Assembly (NCBI GenBank): GCA_963850165.1
Contig: CAWKKK010000010.1
Location: 56,799-120,798 of the forward strand
Direction: 5' to 3'
Source: an uncultured Acidobacteriaceae bacterium
GTDB taxonomy: Bacteria > Acidobacteriota > Terriglobia > Terriglobales > Acidobacteriaceae
DNA length: 64,000 nt
The stretch's first letter is position 1. Every line of letters starts with the position of its first letter. The translations under genes were made by a program, and so were the position numbers. Shown here piece after piece: positions 27,826-36,436 of the stretch. The notes below the pieces were generated by a model that was given only the letters and a program-made list of their open reading frames with translations, ran no database searches and was not told where the DNA came from.

Positions 27826-28590
27826 ATGCGGCCGAAACCATCGGCTTACCAAGCCGTCCTCTCGAAGTCTATGCTTAGGGGCGTAGGCTGCAGGAGGGTT
27901 CTGGTGATTCTCATACGTCGTGTTTTAACGCTGGCGCTGCTGGTTTCGTGCCCGGCTCTGTCGCTTCTGTCCGCTCAAAGTCCTGCTCCTGCCCCGGCCG
28001 CTGCGCCGGGCGAACATCGCAAGACCAGCGAACCTTACACGGGAGATCTCTCCATTTTCGATTCGCCGGGGCGGGATGAACGCCTGCAGGTTAGTCGCGT
28101 CATGGACATTCTGGGCATCACGGCCGGAAAAACGGTAGCCGACATTGGAGCCGGATCAGGCTGGTTCACGGTGCGCGCGGCGCGGCGAGTGGGTGAAGGC
28201 GGCGTGGTTTATGCGGTGGATATTAATCCGGAATCGATTCGCTACATCGATGATCGCGCGCGGAAAGAGAAACTGCGCAACGTGAAGACGATTCTTGGCA
28301 AGGCGGACGATCCGCTTCTTCCTGCGGGGGCGGTGGATGCTGTGCTGCTGCTGAAGACTTATCACGAAGTTGCGAAGCCGGTGGCTCTGTTGCGGAACCT
28401 GCGGGCGTCGCTGCGGCCCGAAGCCAGAGTCGGAATCATCGATCGCAATGGGAATGGCGAGGATCACGGTGTGGGCCGGGACGTTGTGCTGCGTGAGGCT
28501 GCGCAGGCGGGTTACCGGTTGCTGGAACAGTATGACTTTGTGAAGGGCGACAAGATGGATTACTTTTTGGTTCTGGTTCCCATAGAGTAG
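27826..28590 (+). CDS. secreted class I SAM-dependent methyltransferase
   Basis: Motif I VADIGAGSGWFT, then a post-I acidic residue (VYAVDIN). A signal-like N-terminus is present. The start is ambiguous (TTG 27814, ATG 27826 or ATG 27871). Confidence 0.75.
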   Translation: MRPKPSAYQAVLSKSMLRGVGCRRVLVILIRRVLTLALLVSCPALSLLSAQSPAPAPAAAPGEHRKTSEPYTGDLSIFDSPGRDERLQVSRVMDILGITAGKTVADIGAGSGWFTVRAARRVGEGGVVYAVDINPESIRYIDDRARKEKLRNVKTILGKADDPLLPAGAVDAVLLLKTYHEVAKPVALLRNLRASLRPEARVGIIDRNGNGEDHGVGRDVVLREAAQAGYRLLEQYDFVKGDKMDYFLVLVPIE

Positions 28591-28594
28591 TCTT

Positions 28595-29776
28595 TCAAAC
28601 ACTCTCGATCATTCCCGCGAGTAGCAGCGCGCGCCTCGGCAATTCTGAAATGACGATGAATTCATGGACAGCGTGCGCACCGTCGCCCACACCGCCCATG
28701 CCGTCGAGCGTAGGAATTCCCATGCCGGCGGTGAAGTTTCCGTCGGAGCCGCCGCCCACGGATGCTTCTTCGAGCTTCCATCCTAGCTGGCGGGCGATCT
28801 CCTGGGCTTTCTTGTAGAGCGCGGCCACGCCGGCAGTTCGCTCCATCGGAAGGCGGTTGATGTTACCCGTCATCTCGAGTTTGCAGTGCTTATCGAAGGG
28901 TTTGAGAGAGCGCAGCTTGCGATCGATGCCGGCGGCCTGTTTCGCACGCTTGATTCGTACGTCGATGCCCACGGACGCCTGGGCTGCAATCACATTTGTG
29001 CGCGTTCCGCCTTGAATCACGCCGGGGTTCACTGACAAGCCCTGGCTCAAATTGTTCAGCTTTGCGACTACCGTGATTTGCCGCGCCAACTCCAGGATGG
29101 CGCTGTGGCCTTTGCCGGGGTCGAGTCCGGCATGGGCCGCGATGCCTTTCACGCGGAGCGTATATTCGCCTACGCCTTTGCGCGCGGTTTTAACGGCGCC
29201 TCGGAGACCGGCCGCGGGCTCGAGCACCAGCACTCCGGCGGATTGTTTCGCCAAGGCCTGGGTGATATTTCGCGAAGAGTGGCTGCCCACTTCTTCATCC
29301 GAAACCAGGAAAACCGTGACTGGCTGCGGCAGTGCCCCGTGCCATGCCTGCAGAGCTTCGATGGCATGAAGCATGAGCGCGATGCCTGACTTCATGTCGA
29401 GCACGCCTGGCCCGTGCAGGCGTCCGTTGTCGAGTCGGCACGGCATGGCCGCGAGCGTGCCCAGCGGATAAACGGTGTCGTAGTGGCCGAGCAGCAGAAC
29501 TGGCTTGCGACTGGTCTTGCCGGCGAAGTCGATCTGTAAACTGTCGCCGAATTCGCTGCTGTGATGGAGTTGAGTTCGTCCGCCGAGCGCTTCGAACTTG
29601 GGCGCCAGGAATGCGGCAATGCGGTCGACGGCCTGCTTGCTGTCGCTGGGGGATTCGATTTCGATCAGTTCGCGAATCGTGTTGACTATCTGGTCTTGAT
29701 GATCCGAGAAATAGCGCAGGCGCTCGGCCCACGCGGGCTGGGCAGCTATAGATTCTGTTGGCCTCTTAACAGACAC
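28595..29776 (-). CDS. M20-family metallopeptidase (carboxypeptidase G2-like)
   Basis: LLGHYDTVYP, GPGVLDMKSG, FLVSDEEVGS and the C-terminal GGGSDGN. I place the start at GTG 29776 (GAGGGA upstream), because the long track ORF to 30049 would overlap fabZ. Confidence 0.8.
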   Translation of the reverse strand: MSVKRPTESIAAQPAWAERLRYFSDHQDQIVNTIRELIEIESPSDSKQAVDRIAAFLAPKFEALGGRTQLHHSSEFGDSLQIDFAGKTSRKPVLLLGHYDTVYPLGTLAAMPCRLDNGRLHGPGVLDMKSGIALMLHAIEALQAWHGALPQPVTVFLVSDEEVGSHSSRNITQALAKQSAGVLVLEPAAGLRGAVKTARKGVGEYTLRVKGIAAHAGLDPGKGHSAILELARQITVVAKLNNLSQGLSVNPGVIQGGTRTNVIAAQASVGIDVRIKRAKQAAGIDRKLRSLKPFDKHCKLEMTGNINRLPMERTAGVAALYKKAQEIARQLGWKLEEASVGGGSDGNFTAGMGIPTLDGMGGVGDGAHAVHEFIVISELPRRALLLAGMIESV

Positions 29777-29857
29777 GATTCCCTCTCGCGGGTCGAGTTG
29801 CTCCGCCGCGAACGTAACGCGGTACAGTATAATCTTCAGGCTGATTGAGAATGAAGC

Positions 29858-30397
29858 ATGATTGAGAGCACTCCTCCCGTGATCGAAGCGGCCGCACCGA
29901 AGGCGGCGCTCGACATTCACGACATCCTGAAAATTCTGCCGCACCGCTATCCTCTTCTGCTTATTGACCGCGTGCTGGAGTTGAAACGCAAAGAGCGCAT
30001 CGTGGCCATCAAGAACGTCACCATCAACGAGCCTTTTTTCAACGGCCATTTCCCGGGATTGCCCATCATGCCAGGGGTGCTGATTGTGGAGGCCATCGCG
30101 CAGGCCGGCGGGGCGCTGCTGCTCACTGAGGTGGAAGACCGAACTGATAAGGTGATGGTTTTTACCGGGATTGAGCGGGCGAAGTTTCGGAAGCCGGTGA
30201 GCCCCGGCGACCAGTTGCGGATTGAGGTGGAAGTGAAGGGCTGGCGGGCCATTGCGCGCATGATCGCGGTGAGAATGCAGGGCGTGGCGTATGTTGATGG
30301 CAAGAAAGTGGCGGAGGCGATGGTGTCGTGCCAGCTCATCGACAGTTCGCGCGGGCGCGGCCAGGGTTCTGATGGCGGTGGCGAAGGCGCGGAGTGA
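29858..30397 (+). CDS. fabZ: 3-hydroxyacyl-ACP dehydratase
   Basis: LPHRYPLLLIDRV, NEPFFNGHFPG.PIMPGVLIVEA.AQ. Has a Gly-rich C-terminal extension. Confidence 0.93.
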   Translation: MIESTPPVIEAAAPKAALDIHDILKILPHRYPLLLIDRVLELKRKERIVAIKNVTINEPFFNGHFPGLPIMPGVLIVEAIAQAGGALLLTEVEDRTDKVMVFTGIERAKFRKPVSPGDQLRIEVEVKGWRAIARMIAVRMQGVAYVDGKKVAEAMVSCQLIDSSRGRGQGSDGGGEGAE

Positions 30398-30489
30398 AGC
30401 GGCGTCCGGCGTTCGGCTTCCGGCGCAATCAGTCGATCTTGCTGAGTTGATCTGCTGAGTCGATCTGTCGATGATTCAATGACCCGATC

Positions 30490-31266
30490 ATGAATGTTCA
30501 TCCCACCGCCATCATTGATGCGCGAGCGAGAGTGCCGGCATCGTGCCTGGTCGGCCCTTACTGCGTGATCGGAGCGGACGTCGAACTGGGTGAGCACTGT
30601 CGCCTGGTGTCGCACGTGGCTATCGAAGGGCCAACCAAAGTCGGCGCCGACAACGCCTTTTTTCCTTTCTGCGCCATCGGGATGGATCCTCAGGATGTTA
30701 CCTACAAAGGCGAACCGACGCGGCTGGAGATCGGCGACCACAACGAGATTCGTGAGTGCGTCACCATCACCCGCGGGACGGTAAAAGGCGGCGGGGCCAC
30801 TAAAGTTGGCAGCCATACGCTGATCATGGCCTATGCGCATATTGGGCACGACAGCGTGATCGGCGACCACTGCATGCTGGTGAACGGGGCGACGCTGGCC
30901 GGACATGTGACGGTGGAAGAATGGGCCGTGGTCGGCGCGCTTTGCCCGGTGCATCAGTTCGTGCGCATCGGCGCTCACTCCTACATTGGCGGCGGAACGA
31001 CTATCACGCAGGATGTTTTACCGTTTTCGATGACTTCGGCCGCGCGCGACACCCATGCGTATGGGATGAATAAAGTCGGCCTTGAGCGGCGCGGATTTTC
31101 GAAGGAGCGCATCCGCAAGATTCATCATGCTTACAAGACTCTGCTGGCCTCGAAGATGAACACGTCGCAGGCGCTGGAGAAGCTGAAGTCGGAACCCGAG
31201 CGCGGCGACGACGTAGAGATGCTGATCCGTTTCATCGAGGCGTCAGAGCGCGGAGTAATTAAGTAG
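30490..31266 (+). CDS. lpxA: acyl-ACP--UDP-N-acetylglucosamine O-acyltransferase
   Basis: Left-handed beta-helix hexapeptide repeats, IHPTAIID-type start, MAYAHIGHD, and the C-terminal helical domain. Adjacent to fabZ. Confidence 0.92.
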   Translation: MNVHPTAIIDARARVPASCLVGPYCVIGADVELGEHCRLVSHVAIEGPTKVGADNAFFPFCAIGMDPQDVTYKGEPTRLEIGDHNEIRECVTITRGTVKGGGATKVGSHTLIMAYAHIGHDSVIGDHCMLVNGATLAGHVTVEEWAVVGALCPVHQFVRIGAHSYIGGGTTITQDVLPFSMTSAARDTHAYGMNKVGLERRGFSKERIRKIHHAYKTLLASKMNTSQALEKLKSEPERGDDVEMLIRFIEASERGVIK

Positions 31267-31271
31267 CTGTC

Positions 31272-31335
31272 GTAGAGACGTAGCTTGCTACGTCATTTCT
31301 TGCCACCGCCAAGACGTTGCAAGCAACGTCTCTAC
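31272..31335. repeat. REP-like hairpin doublet (GTAGAGACGT..ACGTCTCTAC family)
   Basis: Hairpins gacgtagc-tt-gctacgtc and agacgttgc-aa-gcaacgtct. The 24-mer agacgttgcaagcaacgtctctac recurs exactly at 52001-52024. Confidence 0.8.
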
Positions 31336-31344
31336 CGAGTTACT

Positions 31345-32184
<840 letters not shown>

Positions 32185-32204
32185 TTCAGACGTGGGGTCG
32201 AGGG

Positions 32205-32519
32205 CTAGTCGGCTCCCGCCGAACGACGCCCTTCTCGCGAGGCTGCCGCCGGGCCTTTACGCATCCCGCGGAGAGCGCGCGTGAGGTCGTGCGCGGTCTG
32301 CAAATTCATCCAAAACTCGGCGGAGTTCTTGAAATAGCCAGCCAGAAGGAGGGCCGTCTCGGGCGTGACTCCTCGCTTTCCGCGCACCAGTTCATTCACT
32401 CGATTCAAGGGGATGCCAAGTGCCCTCGCCAGTTCTGCCTGGGTCAGGCCCATGGGATCGAGAAATTCCTGCAACAGGATTTGTCCGGGGTGAGTTGCGA
32501 TACGATGTCTTGGCAACAT
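32205..32519 (-). CDS. higA: HigA-family antitoxin (XRE helix-turn-helix)
   Basis: HPGQILLQEFLDPMGLTQAELARALGIPLNRVNELVRGKRGVTPETALLLA. Start at ATG 32519, 12 nt after the higB stop. Confidence 0.88.
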   Translation of the reverse strand: MLPRHRIATHPGQILLQEFLDPMGLTQAELARALGIPLNRVNELVRGKRGVTPETALLLAGYFKNSAEFWMNLQTAHDLTRALRGMRKGPAAASREGRRSAGAD

Positions 32520-32530
32520 TATTGTTCTCC

Positions 32531-32821
32531 TCAGTGGTAATCCGTACATCGCACGTCGATTGCCCCGCCGCTGACGAAGCGAAATACCACGCGGTACTGA
32601 TCGTTTACGCGCAGGCTGTAAAACCCTGCCCAATCACCCCGCAGTTTCTCCAGCCGGTTTGACGGCGGCACGCGGAGGTCTTCCAGCGTAGTGCTGGCGT
32701 TCAGCAAATCCAGCCTAGCCTGGACTCGCGTCCACAATACCTGCGAAATTCTCCGTGCGGCTTTTGTGTCATCGCCGTGGAAAATGTCTTCCGTCGTTTT
32801 GTCTCCAAAGGAGACAATCAT
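32531..32821 (-). CDS. higB: HigB-type toxin (RelE/ParE superfamily, plasmid maintenance killer)
   Basis: 96 aa: ..FGDKTTEDIFHG..LDLLNASTTLEDLRVPPSNRLEKLRGDWAGFYSLRVNDQYRVVFRF. The toxin-first order is typical of higBA. Confidence 0.88.
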   Translation of the reverse strand: MIVSFGDKTTEDIFHGDDTKAARRISQVLWTRVQARLDLLNASTTLEDLRVPPSNRLEKLRGDWAGFYSLRVNDQYRVVFRFVSGGAIDVRCTDYH

Positions 32822-32898
32822 CTCTTAGATTATACATGATTACCGTGTATGTGTAAATCTGTTGACTCGGTCCGCCTCAATCAGCGAAGTTAGGGATC

Positions 32899-33384
32899 AT
32901 GACCTCCCCAAACTCCGAACCTGCCCTGATTGCCGACCAGCTTCGCCGCGCCTTTGAAGGCGATGCCTGGCATGGACCGGCGCTGCTTGAACTGCTGCAC
33001 GTTATGGATGCCGCCACAGCCGCGGCGAGGCCTTTGCGTGATGTTCACAGCATTTGGGAACTTGTGCTGCACGTCTCTGCCTGGGACGGCGCTGCATACC
33101 GCAGGTTAGGCGGGGAGACGGTCCAGCTTACGGGCACGGCGAATTTTCCGGTGGCTCCCAAACCAACGCAAGCCGCGTGGCGCGAAGCTATCGCTCATGC
33201 GAAACACACGCACGATGTGCTGGTGAAGTCGGTTGCGGTCTTGCCCGAATCCCGTCTGCGCGAGCGGGTTCCGGGCAAGAGATACGATTTCTACTTCATG
33301 TTGCATGGAGTGGCGCAACACGCGCTGTATCATGCTGGGCAGATCGCCATCTTGAAGAAGGCGCAGGCTCGGCGCGAGAATTGA
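32899..33384 (+). CDS. DinB-family (four-helix bundle, metal-dependent) protein
   Basis: FEGDAWHGPAL..IWELVLH...HALYHAGQIAILKK, the conserved His triad pattern of DinB/YfiT-like proteins. Confidence 0.75.
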   Translation: MTSPNSEPALIADQLRRAFEGDAWHGPALLELLHVMDAATAAARPLRDVHSIWELVLHVSAWDGAAYRRLGGETVQLTGTANFPVAPKPTQAAWREAIAHAKHTHDVLVKSVAVLPESRLRERVPGKRYDFYFMLHGVAQHALYHAGQIAILKKAQARREN

Positions 33385-33415
33385 GTGATTGTGCGATCGA
33401 GTGATTGGGCAATTG
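33383..33415. repeat. left arm of the inverted heptamer-type repeat flanking the DUF486 gene
   Basis: The reverse complement caattgcccaatcactcgatcgcacaatcactc matches 33893-33925 at 29 of 33 nt. Confidence 0.75.
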
Positions 33416-33478
33416 AAACCTTGGAGCGGATACGCTTCAATCGCAAAATCTGCCGATTGCTTAATTGCTAAATTCCAC

Positions 33479-33808
33479 TCACCACTGCTTGAATATCACT
33501 GCTACTGCGGCGACGATCATCGCGAATCCTACGGCGTGGTTCCAGCGCACTGGTTGCTTGAGGTAGAGCACCGAGAACACGGAGAACACGATCAACGTAA
33601 TGACTTCCTGAATCGTCTTGAGTTGTGCCGCGCTGAACTCGTAGGACCCGATACGGTTGGCCGGCACCTGGAAGCAATACTCAAAGAAGGCGATCATCCA
33701 ACTGATCACGATTACCTTGAACAGCGGCACATCTCGATATTTCAGGTGGCCATACCAGGCGAAGGTCATGAAGATGTTGGAAACGGTAAGCAGCGCAATG
33801 GTTCGCAT
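33479..33808 (-). CDS. small DMT-superfamily membrane protein (DUF486-like)
   Basis: Start at ATG 33808: MRTIALLTVSNIFMTFAWYGHLKY.., with four predicted TM helices over 109 aa. Confidence 0.7.
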   Translation of the reverse strand: MRTIALLTVSNIFMTFAWYGHLKYRDVPLFKVIVISWMIAFFEYCFQVPANRIGSYEFSAAQLKTIQEVITLIVFSVFSVLYLKQPVRWNHAVGFAMIVAAVAVIFKQW

Positions 33809-33892
33809 TTTGTGAGACGCCCTCCTTACGAATTTGGCGATTTTGCGGTCGGGCCATTTGGCGATTGAAAACCTAACCGCATGAGGTCGTTC

Positions 33893-33929
33893 CAATTGCC
33901 CAATCGCCCGATCGCAAAATTACTCAATC
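33893..33929. repeat. right arm of the inverted heptamer-type repeat flanking the DUF486 gene
   Basis: caattgcccaatcgcccgatcgcaaaattactcaatc. AATC/GATC recurs with a 7-nt period. Confidence 0.75.
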
Positions 33930-34037
33930 TGTTCCAGATGCTCTTTCCTGGCTTTACGTTTACAATTTATCGTTCCTGTCTGGCAACCGGCCGGCCGAGA
34001 TTCCTTCCTGCAAACTGACAATCCGATTTCCGTCGCG

Positions 34038-35030
34038 GTGGTGGGGGTGGGCGTCTTTGGACGCAACCATGCTCGCGTCTACAAGGAACTGGAGCAGCAG
34101 GGCGAGCCGGTGCGACTGGTGGGAGTAGTCGATCCCAATCTTGACCGAGCCGACGCGGTCGCGCGCGAGTTCGGCTGCCGGGCTTTCGGTTCAGTCGAGC
34201 AGATGCTGACCACGCACAGCGAAGTCCGCGCGGCTTCGGTGGCAGCGCCGACGGTGCATCATCTGGCAGTTGCCCGCGCGCTCATGGAAGGCGGGGTCGA
34301 CGTGCTCATCGAGAAACCGATGGCCGCGTCGCTGGACGAGGCTGACGAGTTGGTACAACTGGCGGGCACTCACAAACGCATAGCGCAGGTTGGACATCTC
34401 GAGCGCTTCAACCCCGCGGTGCGTGCGACGATCCCGCTGCTGAGCCGGCCGATGTTTTTCGAAGTGCATCGTCTGAGCGTGTTCACGCCGCGCTCGCTCG
34501 ATGTCGATGTGGTCCTCGATCTGATGATCCACGACCTGGACATCGTGCTCTCTTTTGCCAATTCTCCGGTGAAAGAGGTTCGCGCCGTGGGTCTGCCAAT
34601 TCTTTCCGGCAAAGTGGACATCGCCAATGTGCGGCTGGAATTCGAATCGGGATGCGTGGCCAACTTCACCGCCAGCCGCGTTTCGACAGAGCGCGTGCGC
34701 AAGCTGCGTTTCTTTCAGCCGCAGCAGTATGTCTCGGTGGACTATGGACGCCAGGAAGTACTCGTCTTCACCGTTGGAGCCGACGCGGTGGCGGCCGGCG
34801 CTCCCACCGTCAACCCGCAGATCAAGGTGGCCAAGCCATCTGTGACTTCGGAAGAACCTTTGCATGCGGAATTGAAGTCGTTTCTTCACGCAGTACGGCA
34901 ACGCTCCGCGCCCGCGGTACCGCTTCTAGACGGCCGTCGCGCGCTTGCGCTTGCACTCGACATTGTGGCGTCGATCCGAGCGCACGGGAAGAAAGTCGGG
35001 CTTGGCAGCCTGGCCAAAGAAAAGCCCTGA
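34038..35030 (+). CDS. Gfo/Idh/MocA-family oxidoreductase
   Basis: Rossmann N-terminus VVGVGVFGRNHARVY.., with EKP and the typical C-terminal alpha/beta domain. GTG 34038 is the first canonical start in an otherwise open frame. Confidence 0.8.
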   Translation: MVGVGVFGRNHARVYKELEQQGEPVRLVGVVDPNLDRADAVAREFGCRAFGSVEQMLTTHSEVRAASVAAPTVHHLAVARALMEGGVDVLIEKPMAASLDEADELVQLAGTHKRIAQVGHLERFNPAVRATIPLLSRPMFFEVHRLSVFTPRSLDVDVVLDLMIHDLDIVLSFANSPVKEVRAVGLPILSGKVDIANVRLEFESGCVANFTASRVSTERVRKLRFFQPQQYVSVDYGRQEVLVFTVGADAVAAGAPTVNPQIKVAKPSVTSEEPLHAELKSFLHAVRQRSAPAVPLLDGRRALALALDIVASIRAHGKKVGLGSLAKEKP

Positions 35031-35269
35031 GCGCGCGCTACAATTCTCATCGCTGAAACTCATCCAAGTGCCGACATTTGCGTGTTTTACAAATGTTTAC
35101 ACACCCTGGTCCCTCTCCATCTGCGAATGAGCGGAATCCCTTGAAAGATGCGAAAATGGAGGTAGCTTGGCCGCGTCTGTTCGCTGGGTCATCCGATAGA
35201 AGGTCGGATGCAACAAAGCGACGGAAATGTGTGTCTAACGGACAGGCCCAGCTGGGACAAGCTTCGTTC

Positions 35270-36352
35270 ATGCCCATCACGCAAATTCCATTCCAGGACC
35301 CGGTGGCTCCTCCGGAAAAGCCGCAGCCGGAGCAGCTCGGGCTGTACGATGCGCAGGGATGGGAGACGGCCTACCGCGATGTGGATGACGATGCGGCGCG
35401 CGTGCCGCACCTGCTTATCCAGTTGCAGGACGATCTGGCGCGGTCGCGCCGCCGCGAAGCTGCGTGGATTTCCATTATTGTTCACATGATTCTCATCCTT
35501 TTCATCTTTAATATGGAGAGGTTTGAGAAATACCTGCCCTGGCACCCGGCCGTGGTGGCGAAGAACTTGAACAACCTCAAGGATGCGACCTTCCTGGAGC
35601 TGCCGCCGGACTTGCAGAAAGTGCCGCACAAGACCAGCAACGTCATCTCCGATAAGGACCGGACGGCGATGACGCGGCATCCTCAACTGGATGTCAAGGA
35701 GTTGCGCAAGATTCTGGCGACCCCGCCTCCGGGAGCGCCGGGGGCGAGCGGGCCCCAGATGGCGCAGCAAGCGCCGCCTCAGCCACCGGCCAGAGCGGAG
35801 CAAAATCAGCCCGCGCCCGATCCTCAGATCGCGCAGTTGCAAACTCCCAAGCCAGACATCAGGAAAGAATTCAGCAAGTACGGCGGATCCATGTCCGCGG
35901 GCGACCAGATTCAGGAGGCGGCCCGGGCTGCCAAACGGGGCGGCGGAGGCCAGGGCAGCGGAGGCGACTTTGGATTAGGCACAGGCGCGCACGGACGCCC
36001 GGTGGGCAATCTTGAGATCCTCAGCGACACCATGGGCGTGGACTTCGGCCCCTACCTGCAGCGCGTGCTGCATGACGTGAAGCAGAACTGGTATAACGCG
36101 ATTCCCGAATCCGCGGAGTTTAAACACGGAAACCTGATCATCGAATTCGCGATTACCAAAGATGGAAAAGTCGCAGGCATGAAGCTGGTAGCCACTTCCG
36201 GAGACGTTCCGCTGGATCGCGCGGCCTGGGCGGGGATCACGGGCTCGGACCCATTTCCGGCGTTGCCCAGCGAATTCGGCGGAGAATATCTCGCGCTTCG
36301 CTTCCGTTTCTACTACAACCCCACCAAAGAAGAACGAGAAGGTCTGGAATAG
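35270..36352 (+). CDS. TonB-family energy transducer-like protein
   Basis: ATG 35270, one TM helix (AAWISIIVHMILILFIF), a Pro-rich linker (PPPGAPGASGPQMAQQAPPQPP) and a TonB C-terminal domain (GNLIIEFAITKDGKV..LDRAAW..FPALP). Confidence 0.75.
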   Translation: MPITQIPFQDPVAPPEKPQPEQLGLYDAQGWETAYRDVDDDAARVPHLLIQLQDDLARSRRREAAWISIIVHMILILFIFNMERFEKYLPWHPAVVAKNLNNLKDATFLELPPDLQKVPHKTSNVISDKDRTAMTRHPQLDVKELRKILATPPPGAPGASGPQMAQQAPPQPPARAEQNQPAPDPQIAQLQTPKPDIRKEFSKYGGSMSAGDQIQEAARAAKRGGGGQGSGGDFGLGTGAHGRPVGNLEILSDTMGVDFGPYLQRVLHDVKQNWYNAIPESAEFKHGNLIIEFAITKDGKVAGMKLVATSGDVPLDRAAWAGITGSDPFPALPSEFGGEYLALRFRFYYNPTKEEREGLE

Positions 36353-36436
36353 TTCCTCTAAAATCACTGACACGCACGTCCGCTCTCCACCAACAAATTC
36401 CATCTATCAGGTATCTTCTTCTACCCGATCTTTCTT

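Noticed and set aside
28595-30049. N-terminal 91-codon extension of the M20 peptidase ORF
   Set aside because: It would overlap the divergent fabZ gene by about 190 nt and adds no peptidase-like sequence. GTG 29776 with an upstream GAGGGA gives a normal-sized (393 aa) M20 enzyme.
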